From positions 7,561,186 through 7,625,185 of the forward strand of contig CM082589.2 of assembly GCA_040954595.2 (NCBI GenBank): DNA of 64,000 nucleotides, read 5' to 3'. The notes beneath the pieces are model-generated. The model did no database searches, was not told the DNA's origin, and saw nothing but the letters and a program-made list of their open reading frames with translations. The stretch comes from Balanoglossus misakiensis. Taxonomy: Eukaryota; Animalia; Hemichordata. This document shows positions 34,497 through 49,050 of this stretch, piece after piece; position 1 is the stretch's first letter, and every line of letters begins with the position of its first letter. Made by a program: the position numbers and the translations under genes.

Positions 34497-37400
34497 TTAG
34501 AAGTCTTGCACTGGTGGCTTGATTCTCTCGACTTTATAAGATGGGTCTTGATCGGTCAACCAGTAGGTGAGAATTTCTCCTTTTCCCTGTGATAGAAAAG
34601 AAAAACAGTTTAGGCTGCATTCACAAACACCTCTGGAGGGGGGGGGCGGGAGAATTCAATTTTTTTTACCGCTAATTTTCACATGCCCCCCTTCCGAACT
34701 GCCAATATTTTCAAATCCCCCCCTTCCGAACTGCCAAAATTTTGAAATCCCCCCCCATTGTCTTTCACAGAGCAAAACACATCACCTATCTATCTTGTAA
34801 AAAGAAAAACAGCGCTCCCATGAAAAGAATTTGAAACTGATGTTTCCCCTCATCAGTGGGTATTAAAACTGAACATTGTTTTTATTTTTTAAGTACATAT
34901 ATTTGTATTCTGTGTTTGGAGACTTTGTAAACCGAGAATTGAAGGGGGTGGGTTTGGGAGGGGGTGTCCCCCTCCCACGTAAGAAAATTTTCTAAAATAC
35001 AGAGCTCAAAGCTGCATTTTAATGAACCCGGCAAAAGCAAATTAACTCAACTACAGGTATGTTGGGGAGGACAAATTTAACCGTCGGCGCTCAAAGTTAT
35101 CATGGGGTGGGGCAAGTCTCCTGACCTGGGACACTAGATAAACCAGTCAATGATTGAAAGGTGTTGATGAATGGAGGGGGTGGGTGTGGGAGGGGGTGTC
35201 CCCCTCCCACATGAGAAAATTTTGTAAAATAAAGGGCGCGAAACTGCATTTTTGTGGACTCAAAATAAATATTTAGTCATTAAAGTTTTCAAGTCCCCCC
35301 CTTTCAGTCCCTAAATTATTTCAAATCCCCCCCTCACATACCCTCAATTTTTTTCAAATCCCCCCCCTCAATTCTCCCGCCCCCCCCCTCCAGAGGTGTT
35401 TGTGAATGCAGCCTTAGGATGAATCATTTATAAATCAGGATACTTTACTGTATGAGTAGGATTTTAGAAAAAAATTATCACAATTGCTTTTGGTCAAATC
35501 TTGGAAATAGTTCATTTAAAAATGAAATAATATTCTTCACCGAGTTTAGTAAGTCCCGAAGACAATTCTTAATTCCGAAAAAAAATGTCGAGCCGACTCA
35601 AAATAAATAAGGACTCCCTATGGCAAACCAGAGGCGGATTAATAATCATTCGGTTCGGGAAATTTGGTGGACTTGAGCCGGCTTAAATGTTGAGCCGGTA
35701 TACTATGTAACTGGGAGTGCGGACGCTTTCAATTACATCGGTCCCGGTCCCAGTCAAGGAACTCTTACTGTAGACACAGTGAATTAAGGTACGCAAACCC
35801 TGAGTCGGGTACTGGCTTCATATGTTTCAGAGTGTACAGAAACTAAGTCAACTTTGAGGGAGTATATTTAACGACTGCATGCATGTACGTGACCAGGGCT
35901 AGGAGGGTCACGTGAACGTCAAATCTGACATCATCCGGTCATTTGCCAGAAGTTGCCGCTTGACCGTGAACTTATAATTTCTGTCTATTCAAAGCTAAAT
36001 CAATACACACCTTCATAGCAACAAGGCCACGTTCTTCAAGTGTATATCCACCGATTTGTTCCAATAATGCTCTGCATTCTGGACTGATATGAATTTTCAG
36101 TGCTGAGAAAAAACACATCGACAACGTTAGACGAGCATGGGAACAAGTGCTCAGGTGAGATGGTCGATCCAAAGAATTTCAGCCCACTCAGGAATTTCCC
36201 AATCCAGTGCACAGGCAGATTACATTAGTAAATAATAGTCATTTTTTAGACTGAAATTCTCTAACTTACGGAGTCCATTTGATTCCATTCTTGATGAAGT
36301 GTTGACAGTGTCACCAAAGAGACAGTAGCGAGGCATGGTCAGACCAACAACGCCCGCAACGACAGGACCTGCAAAATAACATCATCTACTAAGAACAATG
36401 GCTCAAGTACCACGTTTGCCTACTATACCAAACACTTGAATACAAATAGATACAACTTATGTCAATCCGATTGAGACTGACGGAGAAGACACAAGGGACA
36501 ACCGACAATCTACAAGATTGCATCAAGACAGTTCAAAAAATCATGCATAATAAAGGACATGTATAGAAAGACATTTCTACCTGAATGGATGCCAATACGC
36601 AGTTGCATCTGCTCGCCTGGTTTGTGACGAATCTTGAAAGTGTGGATATTCTCCAATAAATGGCAAGCAGCGGAAGCAATCTGACCGGCGTGGTTGATTC
36701 CATTCCTGATGGGGAGACCCGATACCAGCATGTATGCGTCACCAATGGTTTCGACTTTGTAGACGTCATAGTTGGCGATGATGGCGTCGAAGCAAGTGTA
36801 CAGATCATTTAACATGTTGACGACCTGAAGGTTGAAATGAAATGTATTACGTGTTATTTACCGCCTATGACCTCCTACAGAAACGTCTTACTGATTCCCG
36901 TGTGACCCCACATAATTTCAAAATGCCACGTGACATTCAAATGTGACGTCACATCCTGATTTGTACCTGGATAGGAGTGCTGGCTGCAGACAGAGCCGTG
37001 AATCCCACGACGTCAGAGAAGTAGATGGTCACCATTTCAAAGGACTCGGGTTGGATCTTCATTCCTTTGGTTAGCTGCTCTGCAATGGATCTGAGAATTT
37101 AAAACAAAACTGTTAAAAAGTTTCAGAATGACCCATCATCACTTTAGCTTATGAACTCCTATTTCTTAAACATGGCAAAAATCGGCCATCTTGAAATTGT
37201 GTCGACCATATGAGATTTTCATCACTCACTTAGGTAGCTTAAAACCTATTTAAGGTAGGGAGAATTCATGGAGTAACCATTTGACACTATTTAAACAACA
37301 TGTTTGCTGTTAAAAGTTATTGAAGTTCTGTTAACTAAAATATTTGTGAACTCACGGTGGTAGCATACGGTGCAGTAAGGTTTCAACTCGTTTCTTCTCT

Positions 37401-40400
37401 TTGACAACTTCCTCAGTCCTCTCTTCCACAAGTTCTTCCAAGTTGTTAGTGTAACGTTCCATAATGGCGATCATGTTGTCCAAGATGTTGGCTTTCCTGA
37501 AAAGATCATGGAATATTTTTTATTGGTATGCACGATATCAATAATGATTATTTTGTAAATATGCCTACTCACTTCGCAAAAGACACATGCAATGGATCAA
37601 ACACGGTTACAGCACTGAAAGACGTCACGTTGAAATAAATAACCATAGAAAATTTGCATCCAAAATGGCTGCCTGTCAGCCGTACAGCAGATATTGTGAT
37701 ACATGTACAATAATTTGCTGACCGTAATAACCTGATTGGATTGTATCACAAAACACGGTGACGTATTACACCAAGTTTTAACACAGACTCTTTTGGTTTG
37801 AATGAATTCGCTTCGCGCATGCTCGGTTGGACAGACGAACAGACGGAGCCCAATAAGCTAATAAATAAGCATTTTGTCATTTTTTCTAAAGGTTTCAGAA
37901 ACACAACGAAAAAGAAAATATGCTTGATCATACGATTACCAAACTCATTAAAATATTTATGAAATGGTTTTACATTTTAAGAGGTGGTTATCTGGTTTAC
38001 TTACAGTCCTTTTTGCAGAGGTCTCAAGATGTCTTTCAGCTTGCGGTAGGTGGGTCTGATTTCCGGGTTTTCATGCCAGCACTCTCTGATGGCGGTGAGC
38101 ACACATTGTGGCGCTACCTCATTGACGTCATTGATCAGTGGACGGAAGGGTGGATCAGTACATTCGATCACCTTGTCGATGATTTCTGCAAAAAAGGAAT
38201 GGATTGTTTTCACTCTAATGCCATTATATACTTACGTTGAATCCCACATTTCAGCCATAAGCCACAGACATTATAATTTACATAATTACATTAAAGGGAC
38301 AAAGTCTCTACTCTCCCTGCCCCTTTTCCATGTTTGATACAAGACACTATTTATGTTATTCTACATGCGGATATATAGTGAATCAGTGTTCGACCATACA
38401 CAACTTCCAAATGAATAATCAGTGTTTACCATTTATTAATTTTGGCGGGATTTTTACTCTCATATCCTACAAACGGGATGGAAGTTGTGTGTTGTTGAAT
38501 GTTGATTCTCTATATATCCACATATAGAATAACATAAACGGTGTCTTGTATCAAACATAATGGAAAAAGGCGTGCGAAAGAGAGACTTTGTCCCTTTAAA
38601 ATTATGTTATCTCTTCCTGGTTGGTATCTGTTGTGATAAACATCTGGTATTGATAATATGGGTATCGTAGGTTACTCTCTCCAACTTATATAATACACAA
38701 ATGTACACACGATGTACATATCTGAACAGAGTCGTTTTTTTATATTCTGATATCTTCAGAGTTTCTGACCTTTGGGGGTTTCCGAGTTCAAGTGATAAGG
38801 TCCGGCACGTGAGTAGATTTCCTGTAAGATAATGGAGAGAGCATACACATCTCCCTTCTGTGATCCGGCTGGTGGCATGGCAGCGCCCTCACGCAGGTGT
38901 TCTGGAGCTCTCCAAAGCAGACCTGTAGAAAGAGAAAAGTCGTGTGGCATTTGTACAAGTATATATTGAACACCTATTGCCTGGCCAAGAGGGCCATAGC
39001 AGCCGTTTATTACCCCCGAGGGGCTGTGAGTTACCAGAATCACATGCTATTTACAGAGGCCGCAGGCCGAGGGAAATATCATATGATTCTGGTAACTCAC
39101 AGTCACGAGGGGGGAATAAACGGCTGCTATGGCCCGAATATAGGCCAGGCTATAGGTGTTTTATAATAAACCTCATGCTATTTCCCTAGGGATTCATAGT
39201 CAATTCTATTTTCCTATCATGTGACAGATTCTGGCGAATCACGACACAGTATAAGCATGAGGTATATTATAAAGCCTAGTAATACAATCAAGCTGTGTAT
39301 GAAACTAGAATAGGCGTAGAGTTTAACAAAAAAATGTAACATCTGTGCTATTGAACAAAAGGCTGCAGGTACGGTTTGTCCTGTGTCACGAGAATATTCC
39401 CCCCATTGCCTAGTCACGCGAAATCACGCAGGGTCTCGCGGAGTTCGGAAAATGGTCAATCGATCAGAAATGACCTACTTGTATAATGAGCATATTCGCC
39501 GTGGTCTTCTTCAACGTGCCCTTTCTTGAAGCCGTGCATTCCGTAGTCAGTGATTTGAAGAACAAATCGGTTGTCGACGACGCAGTTGGATGATTTCAGA
39601 TTGCCGTGTGACTTGATTACAGAGCCGTGGAGATACATCATTCCTTTGACCAAATCAGCGATCAGGGATGCCAGAAACATGTTGTCAAGTTTCATGTCGT
39701 CGTTTTCAAGGATGTCCTGAAAGACGAGGGAATGTAGATATTTCGCCTCCACAATTACATGCATTGCAGAATATTCTCGACGAATGCAAGATCTTGGTTC
39801 GATAAATTATGCATCATGCGAAAAGTACTGTACAGATAATGATATGAGGCCGGGGAGCATATATACACTGAGCTTTCTGGGCGTGAAATGTCTAATACAA
39901 GAAGTAAAATAATTTTTTGCCACAGTCCTCAGATTTCTTACATTTCCTGAAATCAAATAACTAATGCATGCGTAGAAAATGTTCCTTTCATTTCCGGGGG
40001 GAAATATCCATTTTGTGTTGATCGGAGTAATCACACCAGTCTTTTCAATTAAGCTTCCCAGCATGCCGTTCAACTTGTGTTACCGATTTGCCACCTTTTT
40101 ATTAAATACATGTAGCATGTTCTTCGGCTAACACAGAAGAAAAGTGACCGTTCACTGCAAGATGCAGTCACGTGTGTAAGCCTATGACCCTATATGAGCA
40201 CGGAGCCCCGAACAGCTGAGAAAGCGTCGAACCACAGAACAAAAGTACCCGGATTTACATATGGGCGTGTTTGTTGATGTTACGGGAATTATGGAAGTGG
40301 TAATTATCACGTGCTTTGTGTAGAATATTCATAAGAATCGTAGAGTGTGTAATATGCATAGAGAAATGACAAACATCCTACCTGGAGACTGCCCTTAGGG

Positions 40401-43400
40401 GCGTACTCCATCATGATACAGATGTTGGGGCTATCAATGCAGGCTCCGATAAATCGACACAAGTTGTCATGGTGAAGGTCACGCATCTAAGATAAAATAA
40501 GCCAGTGTCAAAGGAAAAAGTTAAATTATTTCTCAAAAAATGTGGTGTTATTATTTATGTGTAATCAAATGCACAAACAATAACTGTTGTTGTCGGTGCC
40601 TATGATACATGTAAAAGTGTCGCGTTTGGCAGTAGATGTGAATGGCATTTTCTTCTGACGTTTTGTCTTGGTATAAGAATTGTTGTAATTTGCCAGTATT
40701 TTCGGAACATTAATGTGACGTTTGTTACGGAGTCAACAGGCAGATGTTTTATTTTGAGATTGGGGTCGAACATCTACTGCATATATACATTTGTACGTAT
40801 GTAAATCCACGGGATATTAATTAAAGGGACAAAGTCTCTCTCTCGCAGACCTTTTTCCACTAATTATGTTTGATACAAGACACCGTTCATGTTATTCTAC
40901 ATGTGGATATATAGAGCATCCACATTTAACGACACACAACTTCCATCCCGTTTGTAGGATATGAGAGTAAAAATCCCACCAAAATGAATAAATGGTAAAC
41001 ACCGATTATTCATTTTGGCGAGTTTTTTCACTCTCGTGTCTACAAGTGGGATGGAAGTTGTGTATGGTTGAACGTGGATTCACAGTATATCCACATTTAG
41101 AATAACATAAACGGTGTCTTGTATCAAACATAATTCATTAAAAAGGGCAGCGGCGAGAGAGACTTTGTCCCTTTAAGGTCCATCTTCGAGTGGAAATGAT
41201 CAAACAGGGACGATGGTTAACTTACAATTTTGAGTTCGGTACGCAAGAAACGGTTCAGAGTGATACGTTCTTTCTTGACTTCTTTGATGACACAGATATT
41301 ACCCTGAAGGAAAAAAAAAGAGGACAATAACAGAATTACCGTCACCTTTTATTTTAATATACAAAACACTGAACCATTAGACCATGTTGTAAAAGTATTT
41401 TTTTTTCATTTCGTGATTTAGTGTACACATTGTAGATTTATAAATTAAAATTATACGAAACGTCTCCTAGGGTATTGTACTGTTAAATAATTTATTGTCT
41501 TTTTTCAGAGCTGTTCCATTTCAAAAATATAAAGAGAAAAATGGAAATGTCAATAAGATTAATGATGGACAAACCAGCCACTTACCCTCCATGTTCCAAC
41601 CTTAGCAAAGATCTGTTGTGTATCCTGGGTCGATATCATTGATATGGTGCTGAGTACCTAACATGGTAACATCAGGAGAAGGGAGCCCGTCAATATATAA
41701 ACACATGCGAAAAACAGACAAACAAACAAACAAACAAGATTATAACTCAATCCTGTTTTTTGATGATGGTATCAGCTTACTGTTTGCCAAGAGCAATAAC
41801 CTTATAACAATTATTCCACAAAAATCTTGACATTAAAATTTTTAATTCCATCAGCTGTAATTTGTTGCTATGTTTTTCAGTAGTTGTTTGTGTATTTACT
41901 GCAGTTTCTTGTTCAAATCCCCGAAGCATGATGGCCCAGTAACTATAGCTTGTTTACACATCCGATATATAGTCAGCATCATTACCACGACTGTGCAAAA
42001 TTTCAATTCAAGTCCGGACTAGAATTCATCTGTCAACAGTAACAATGGTTGTTACACACATACATTGTTGACAAGCGGAGTACTGCGTATATACCATCAC
42101 ACTGTTTGATATAGAGTAAGAAATTGCATACAAATGCAGGAAATTAAAATTAAGTTGAGGTGTATGTCCGAATTGACATTCCAGAGAATGCAAAATGGAC
42201 GACAAACCGTACCATACTCTTCATGGAGAATCCTTGCGAATTTCGCTGTCCACTCTTCGTCTGTACGTCGTTCCAGTCAATCTTCCACACCATACTATCC
42301 AAGTCAGCCTCGTACTGTCGGTGTCTGCAAATCCAGGCCAGAATTTGGCGCTTGCATTATTTGTACTTGGCGCGTTTAAATAGGATCTTTGATTCTAACA
42401 GTCAGTTGTGGCATAAACATAACGCAGTATTTGCTAACATGTCGATTGTCTTGACAGGCATCGGTAAAAATACAGGTTCATTAATTCACTGTGCAAAAAG
42501 GTTGATATATAGTCATCATATATACGTATTTGGACTTGTATACACACGGTGAGGGCTATATTACACACATTGTCTCTAAAATTAAAAGCTTGGATTTGAC
42601 AAATGAAAAAAAAATGGTTTACCTGTAATACCAAAAAGCCAAAAGCAAGACCAGAACAACGGCTCCAATTGGTACACCGATTGCCAGATACTTCGCCACT
42701 GTAAAAAAAAATCGCCTAACAATCTCAAAACACTTTTTTTTTCAATTCAACTGACTTGCTGGGATTTTTAGTTCGTCAAAATGATTAACAGAGCTGTCGG
42801 CACTGATTTCGGTGTAGGAATGACTACACCTTTTATTGGTGAATCACTTACGTCTGCAGTTTTCGCCGTGAAATCCACAAGACGGCATGTCGAGAGGCAC
42901 GGATCCACCAAGCCAGTCTATAGAACGATCCAGTTGAGTGAATGTCTAGGATGAACAAAAAAAAAGATACATATAATTCATGAAGGTGGGGATGCGATGG
43001 CTGCCATAAAACGATTGTTAAAGGCCCACTATATGTAACCTCTGGCTACGCTTCGGTATTTATTTATAAAATATAATTTCTTGTTCTCCTACTTATAGTA
43101 TCACAACACGCCCAGTTTTCTGCTTGTTAACAAGTCATGTATATATGTACCGATCATTATTATATTTCGTACACACACACATACATGTATACTGTGTTAA
43201 AAAGATTAACACTGCTCGTTTACCCCTGCATCAGCATGCAGAACAAGAAATCATGGTTGAAACACACAATACAAAATACTGAAAAAGCAGCCATGATAAG
43301 TTACGGACAGCGGACTTATAATAGCAATACGCTTATTACAGTGGATCTAGAAATGACCGTGAGAATAGAAAACCGTATGAGAAAAAAAAATCCTATTTGT

Positions 43401-46400
43401 AAAAAAATCATGTACACTCTAGTCTTCTACGTTCTAGCTATTTGAACGAAACAGCTTAATGTTTTTTTACACAGCACGGTAAAAACTTTTCGCGCCTTGC
43501 CACGTGTACGGTATATGTCTCGGACTACGGTACAGGTCGGTATAAACAAAGACGGCACATGGTATCATAGTAACTGCCGTTGAGTTTATTTCGTGTGGTT
43601 TTTTGCCTTGTCTCTGACAACGTTCGTGAAGTAGACATGCAAAAGCCTATGACAATTCTGTTCATTTTTAATTCAAATCCTCAAAATTTAAAATTCGTGT
43701 CGCGATTTTTATTTTAGTCACGACAAGGCAAGCCTACTCACCAGTTGGTAATCATCTCCAACGAGAGAAAAGGTCACTTCGGAAACAGGCACCATTCCAC
43801 GATCCTCTCCAGAGGTCAATGCCGGGTCATCAACGTCATCATCGTCCAGAACCAAGAAGCTGTGTACGTCATAATTTGGATAGGCGTTGCCCAAACTGTC
43901 AATCTTCAGAGGCATTCCGTTTCGACCTGTTATGGAATTTTCAATATTACTACACAGATATCCGTAAACTTAAGGATAAAGAGCTGTAATTTTGCATACA
44001 TAATGACTGAAGGGGAGGGTCAACTTAAAGGGCGACGATCGTCTTATATACGCATGTGCCAAAACAGAGACTCTGGTTACAAAAATTGTATACAGTCAAT
44101 GCCATATTAGGCAGTCTGCTCTCCTAACAACAGACAAGATGGCGGCGATCATGGTCTGAGATCGGGAAAAGACAGCAAATCGGGTGAAAAAGGGACAAAA
44201 CTTAAGTTTACTAGCGCATGAAATATGGAAGGAAGCGAAGGCAGTCCACTATTTGAATGCACCGAATCCAAATTTTGCAAAACATTTGGATTGGGCGTAA
44301 TGTTTGTACATACAACATTTACGCACATGCGCATATTAAGACGATCGTCGGACCCCAGCAAATGCGCCTGTACACCTGAAAACAAGAGAGCCTGTACTGT
44401 ACACGCAATAGACCACATCGCCTTTAAACTATCGTCAATTCTCTCTATGGCACTTACTTGTGTACCAGTTGTTAAGGATGTAGTCTCTAACCACGATGAA
44501 ACCGCGACTTAGTGCAACTCCTTCATCGAGTGCCTCTTTAATGGCCGTTGCAAGGATAACAGCTGCGTCATAGGCGAAGAAAGCTCTCTGTTGGTACTGA
44601 GAAAAAACACCAATAACTTGTTATTTCAGATCGTTATCAACAATAATGGGGATAATAGTGTACAATGGCTGACTGCTTCCATTAATAAGCAACGGGGTGA
44701 CAATACTGAATCAGAAAAGCTGTCATTCGTTTAGACTTTATTCTTTGTATGTAACTCCTTTTTTCTGCATTTGAGGGGGGGGGGGTGAGTGACTACTTTT
44801 GCCTACTTTAATATCAACGACGCACGTTTACTACAAGATGCATCGGGCTCGCATAAACGGCCTGTGCAAGTCTGGAGACTTTTAAACCTTTACGCTCGTA
44901 AACGAATTCTGCTGATGGTCAGACAACATACTAGCTTGCAGACTGAGGGAAAATAACAATGAATTGCAAACCAACCTCAACATCCACAGTCATGTCCTCA
45001 TAGAAGTATTCCTTGGTTCGACGAACCACCTCGTTCCGGAAGTAGTCAAACTCGCTCTCTGAGAGATCGTGGTGTTTCTGACGTAGAATCAAAACAGAGC
45101 GCATCGCCTCGGTCGCTACCTCATTGTCTTCACTACCAGTACCGGAGACTTGACAATGAAAAAAAGAGGTTCAAAAGTAATTACATCAATAAATACTAGA
45201 TTAATTTTAATTGAGAACTTGTACCGGTAAAAAGATATGTGGTTATAGAGTATTATGATAGTAAAGTATTCTTAATTAAAACTGTGTATGTCAAAAAATT
45301 AAGGTATACTGTCACCTATGCAAATGTACCCGCAGTTACCATGGAAGGTGGAGAAATAACCAACCACAGATTTTAGTGGGTGGCCATGTGAAACAAGAGC
45401 GCCACCACATGTTCTATCAAGTATAACACCCATATAAGCTTGTTCAACTATAAATATGAGTGTGTCTACATAACAGGTGACTGTATCCCTTTAACGTTTT
45501 ATGCCACATGACAGTTCCTATTTTGCATACAAATTGCAAGAGAGGTGGCGGCAGTAACTATCGCCTTACCATCGTTGTAGGCTTGGGTTCCATGGTGTTT
45601 GTAGTCGAGTGAGGGCGCTATGATGATATTTTCGCCGTTCAGAACTCCCTCGTTATTCATCTCCACGACAAATTTCCGTAGTTGTGGTACTTCTCCAATG
45701 AAAATGTAAACTTGGGAAAAATAATCAGTGTGGAACTATATTATTCAGATTTCACTGAACAGTTTTCTATTTCGACGCCTCTGTCACTTCAACTTTCCAA
45801 ATATCGGGAAAAAATTATACAATTTTGCGTTCTTCGTTTACGCCCAAAATATACTTATTCTCCGGTGAACCTATTGTGGGTAAAGACAACATGTGCCAAT
45901 AACATCTTAGGAACATGCGAAAATGAGATGAAAATTAATAGAAATACGTAAAATACGTGTGTTTTAGATGTTGACAATGCATTGCCTGTAAATATAATGA
46001 AATATAACCCTTCCCCCCACCCATCACCCAGTTCCATCGTTTGAGTTCCAACCTTACCATAAATAGAAAACAACGGATTTGGACTAAACCATGGTGGTGA
46101 AAGGGTTAATAAATAGCAGAAATAAGGAAAAAGACCTCTTTATATCTGTCTTGATTTTCCTGAAATGTGTAAGACATGTTCTAAACACTATATTTAAGCG
46201 AGTCATCCAAGGGGGAAAGTTATTTTCAAAAACTGAACTGCACGACAGAAAAAATGGCGTCTGAGACTATTTCATAGACTTACTCCGTGTCGTCTTCCGG
46301 ATAGCGGAGATGATGTCATCCCAAGGGTCGTCTGATACATAGGGAATGTAAGTAGATTCGAACGTCTTGTGGTGCTGCAAGGTGATGTCGTTGTCCTCCA

Positions 46401-49050
46401 GTTTGGTCAACAGCATGTCGGAGACACGTTCGTAGTAAACATCTCCTTCCATGGACACCACACTGACGCGTTCCCATCCGAACTCCTCCAGCACGCTGAT
46501 GATGACGTCAGCCGCTAGGTACAACGGCGGGTTGGCGCGAAAGAAACCTCCGAACAGGAAGTCGGAATCCCCTTCGATTTCGCTGTGTTCGCATCCCTGT
46601 AACATGACACGGTGAACCGATTATTGATGTGAAAAAAAATAGAGTCGATATCGGTCTATTAGAGAGATATACACGTTTTAAGATTTACAAATGAAAACTT
46701 CATGAATAAACTAACACACGCTCATTTATTGAAAGTTTTGCATGCATATAAAACTTAAGGGCCATGATCGACTTATGCGCATGTGCCAAACCAGCGACTC
46801 TGGTTACAAAAATTATATACAGTAATTGACATAAGTCAGTTTGCTGTCCTAACAACAGACAAGATGGTGGCGAAAGTAGTCATTGTCGGACATCGGGAAA
46901 AGACAGCAAATTGGGTAAAAAATAAAGGACAAATTTAAAACTAGTCTACTTATACAGTGCGCATGAAATACAGAAGAAAGCAAAGACGGTCCACTATTTG
47001 AATGTGTCCAACGCACAATTTGAAGAACATTTGGATGTAATGTTTGTTCACACGAAATTACGCACATGCGCATAAACTGATCGTTGGCTTTGAAGAGTCC
47101 ATACCAGTATATTAGAGATATACATGTATACGTATTTAAAAATGTATGAATTAAATTTACATAAACTAGCATCCGCTCATTTATTTAGGGTTTTGCACAC
47201 ATACATACATACATTTAATATTTCTTAAAACAGGAGCTTATATATCTTCCTATTTTAGGTAACACATTACTTACATGTACTTAGGACGAGTGTTGATGGA
47301 AAAGTAAAAATGACCAAAATGGCAATTTTGTTTAGAGTTGGGTCACTAAATCAGCACCATTTTTAAAACAAAGAATAAACTTCTCAGACCTTCCTGACAA
47401 AAATTCTGATTAAAGAAATCTATCTCCTAGGGTAATTTATTTCATTTCCTTTCTGCGGCTTCTCATCACAGTTACCACGAAGGAAAACTCAGCAAAAAAC
47501 TGTAAGTGCACAACTCCAAATAAATGAGCGGGTGTTAAGAAGAAACTCACATATCCACCGCCTGCAAAGTAGAGTGACGTCACCGTGCGAGCCACGGGCA
47601 GACATCCACAACCACCGCCAATAACACCGATGTAACTGTTGTTCCAAAAATTGGCAGTTGCTCTCAATGCGGCTGCGTCGTCGGAAGCATTGGCCCAGCT
47701 GAACTCGATCGGTGTACCTAACAAATCAAACCAGTCAGAGTTTATCTCATCATTTTCCCGCCATAAGCTTACATTCTTACCAGACTGTGTTTTCTAGTTA
47801 CATGTATATGTATAATAAACAACACCCACGGACTCGCGACAATATTTCAGTCGGACCTTTCTGGGTCTAAGCACAGACTTTTGTCAATGATGCACTTTTA
47901 GAGTGCGCATTTCACGGACAGTGAAGTTTGCTGATTTAAAATACTGAAAATTTGCCAAAAATTGTAGCATATTGTAGTATATTCGTTCACAACTCACTTC
48001 ACGCAAGAAAGAATTGACATTTACTCGCACATTTTGTTATCATAAACACAACACTGCGCGTTCCTGTCGTCTTTAACGAAAAAGTACAATTTGGTTTCAT
48101 TTTACAAGATCATAACAAAATGTCGGGAATTTGAGTTCCACTCCAAATCAGTCACATAAGATTTTGCCATTGACTTTTGTATGCAGGTACATCAAGGCCG
48201 GAGAATTTCAGAATTTTAGCGAAAGAAGAAAGTGTTTTGAACCTTTCAAGAGTTTTGACTTACATCACATAATTTAAAATAAATCAACTTTGTTTGTACT
48301 CATGGTTTCATTTTTTCTCTATAATGAAACTAAAACCTGAATTTCAACGAATAGCGAATGCATGTACATACAGATGTCAAACCAGGAACGCTGCATCATG
48401 GCTAAATATAGTCTCACTGATTTTCCAACTCAATGTAGAATTTACCAATATCAAACAATTCCTGCCCAGAAAATGGATTGTACTATTCTAAAGTCAATTT
48501 CGATACGAGTCAGAGAAGTTTTAAAAACCGCGCGTCAAAAATCTAAATTTCTCTGTCTCGCGATTTGAGACAAGCGCCTAATAAGCTCATATCTATTACA
48601 TACGAGAAAATAGAAAGAATTCATAAAAAGAAACTTAGTGTTCCTTTGATTTTTTTCCACCTGTAGAGCAATTTTGTTACTGTATTATTTTGTATATTTG
48701 AGCTACGATGAAAATTGCCTTTTTGAGTCTGAACTCGGCCGCTCAGTCAAAGTGTAAATATATAAATCTTTCAGAACTAGTGTGTGAGATCCATCCACGC
48801 ATTAGAAAAAATGTATATCACAGAACATTTGTAGAGACATACCTGACAACAGATCCTGATCGTTCATTTCCTCAATGGCCAAATGTACGGCGCCGGCTGC
48901 CACATCAAATCCAACGTGATCGGAACACATTGTTCCCAAAGGCACTAGAAATCCTAGTTGATAAGTTTCGTTTAACGCTGACGAAGTTGCCACTAACGCC
49001 AAGGCGGCGAAAAGTGCAAATGTGAACCCCATGAGTATCCGTTGCCCCAT
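34497..49050 (-). CDS. Receptor (membrane) guanylate cyclase A, speract/resact-receptor-like, 22 exons, ~1074 aa
   Basis: Exons (-): 49050-48843, 47717-47551, 46596-46284, 45710-45570, 45148-44976, 44596-44458, 43926-43742, 42945-42852, 42698-42623 (TM), 42324-42213, 41657-41586, 41303-41226, 40486-40382, 39716-39479, 38922-38770, 38185-38005, 37496-37356, 37090-36967, 36824-36581, 36368-36270, 36102-36011, 34586-34497; 3225 nt in frame. Signal peptide, ANF-receptor-like ectodomain, kinase-homology domain ([12 protein letters not shown]), and cyclase motifs [39 protein letters not shown]. Segments [17 protein letters not shown] and QDPSYK..IKPP resemble echinoderm sperm GCs. The start could instead be the ATG at 49032. 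Confidence 0.9.
34613..35413. mobile_element. PIF/Harbinger-type MITE, ~800 bp
   Basis: TTA TSD; ~43-bp TIR GGCTGCATTCACAAACACCTCTGGAGGGGGGGGGCGGGAGAATT; subterminal aaatccccccc repeats; internal direct repeat gggaggggggtgtcccctccca. Confidence 0.85.
38295..38595. mobile_element. MITE family K1 copy
   Basis: TTAA-AGGGACAAAGTCTCT ... AGAGACTTTGTCCCT-TTAA. Confidence 0.82.
38963..39165. mobile_element. Crypton-like hairpin element; half copy at 63893-63968
   Basis: ~190-bp imperfect palindrome centred on gaggccgcaggccgag. Confidence 0.6.
40825..41172. mobile_element. MITE family K1 copy
   Basis: TTAA-AGGGACAAAGTCTCTCTC ... GAGAGACTTTGTCCCT-TTAA. Confidence 0.85.
44029..44423. mobile_element. 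TTAA-flanked MITE (Kolobok-type), family K5
   Basis: TTAA-AGGGCGACGATC ... CACATCGCCT-TTAA; a second copy lies at ~46758-47090. Confidence 0.65.
45302..45490. mobile_element. MITE family K2 copy
   Basis: aggtatactgtcacc ... ggtgactgtatccct-ttaa; internal similarity to 3504-3690. Confidence 0.72.
46005..46109. mobile_element. Short piggyBac-type MITE (~100 bp); related copies at ~11792-11885 and ~61430-61522
   Basis: Ends (T)TAA-CCCTT ... AAGGG-TTAA; the core accat(a)gaaaacaa.ggat.tgg...aaaccatggtggtgaaaggg is shared between copies. Confidence 0.6.
46758..47090. mobile_element. MITE family K5, truncated copy
   Basis: Collinear similarity to 44029-44350 (gcgcatgtgccaaa, gactctggttacaaaa, ctaacaacagacaagatgg, ccactatttgaatg). 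Confidence 0.65.

Noticed and set aside
35972-36172. GC-A appearing truncated after VAMK (possible pseudogene)
   Set aside because: The missing terminal exon, [29 protein letters not shown], is present at 34586-34497 beyond a MITE.
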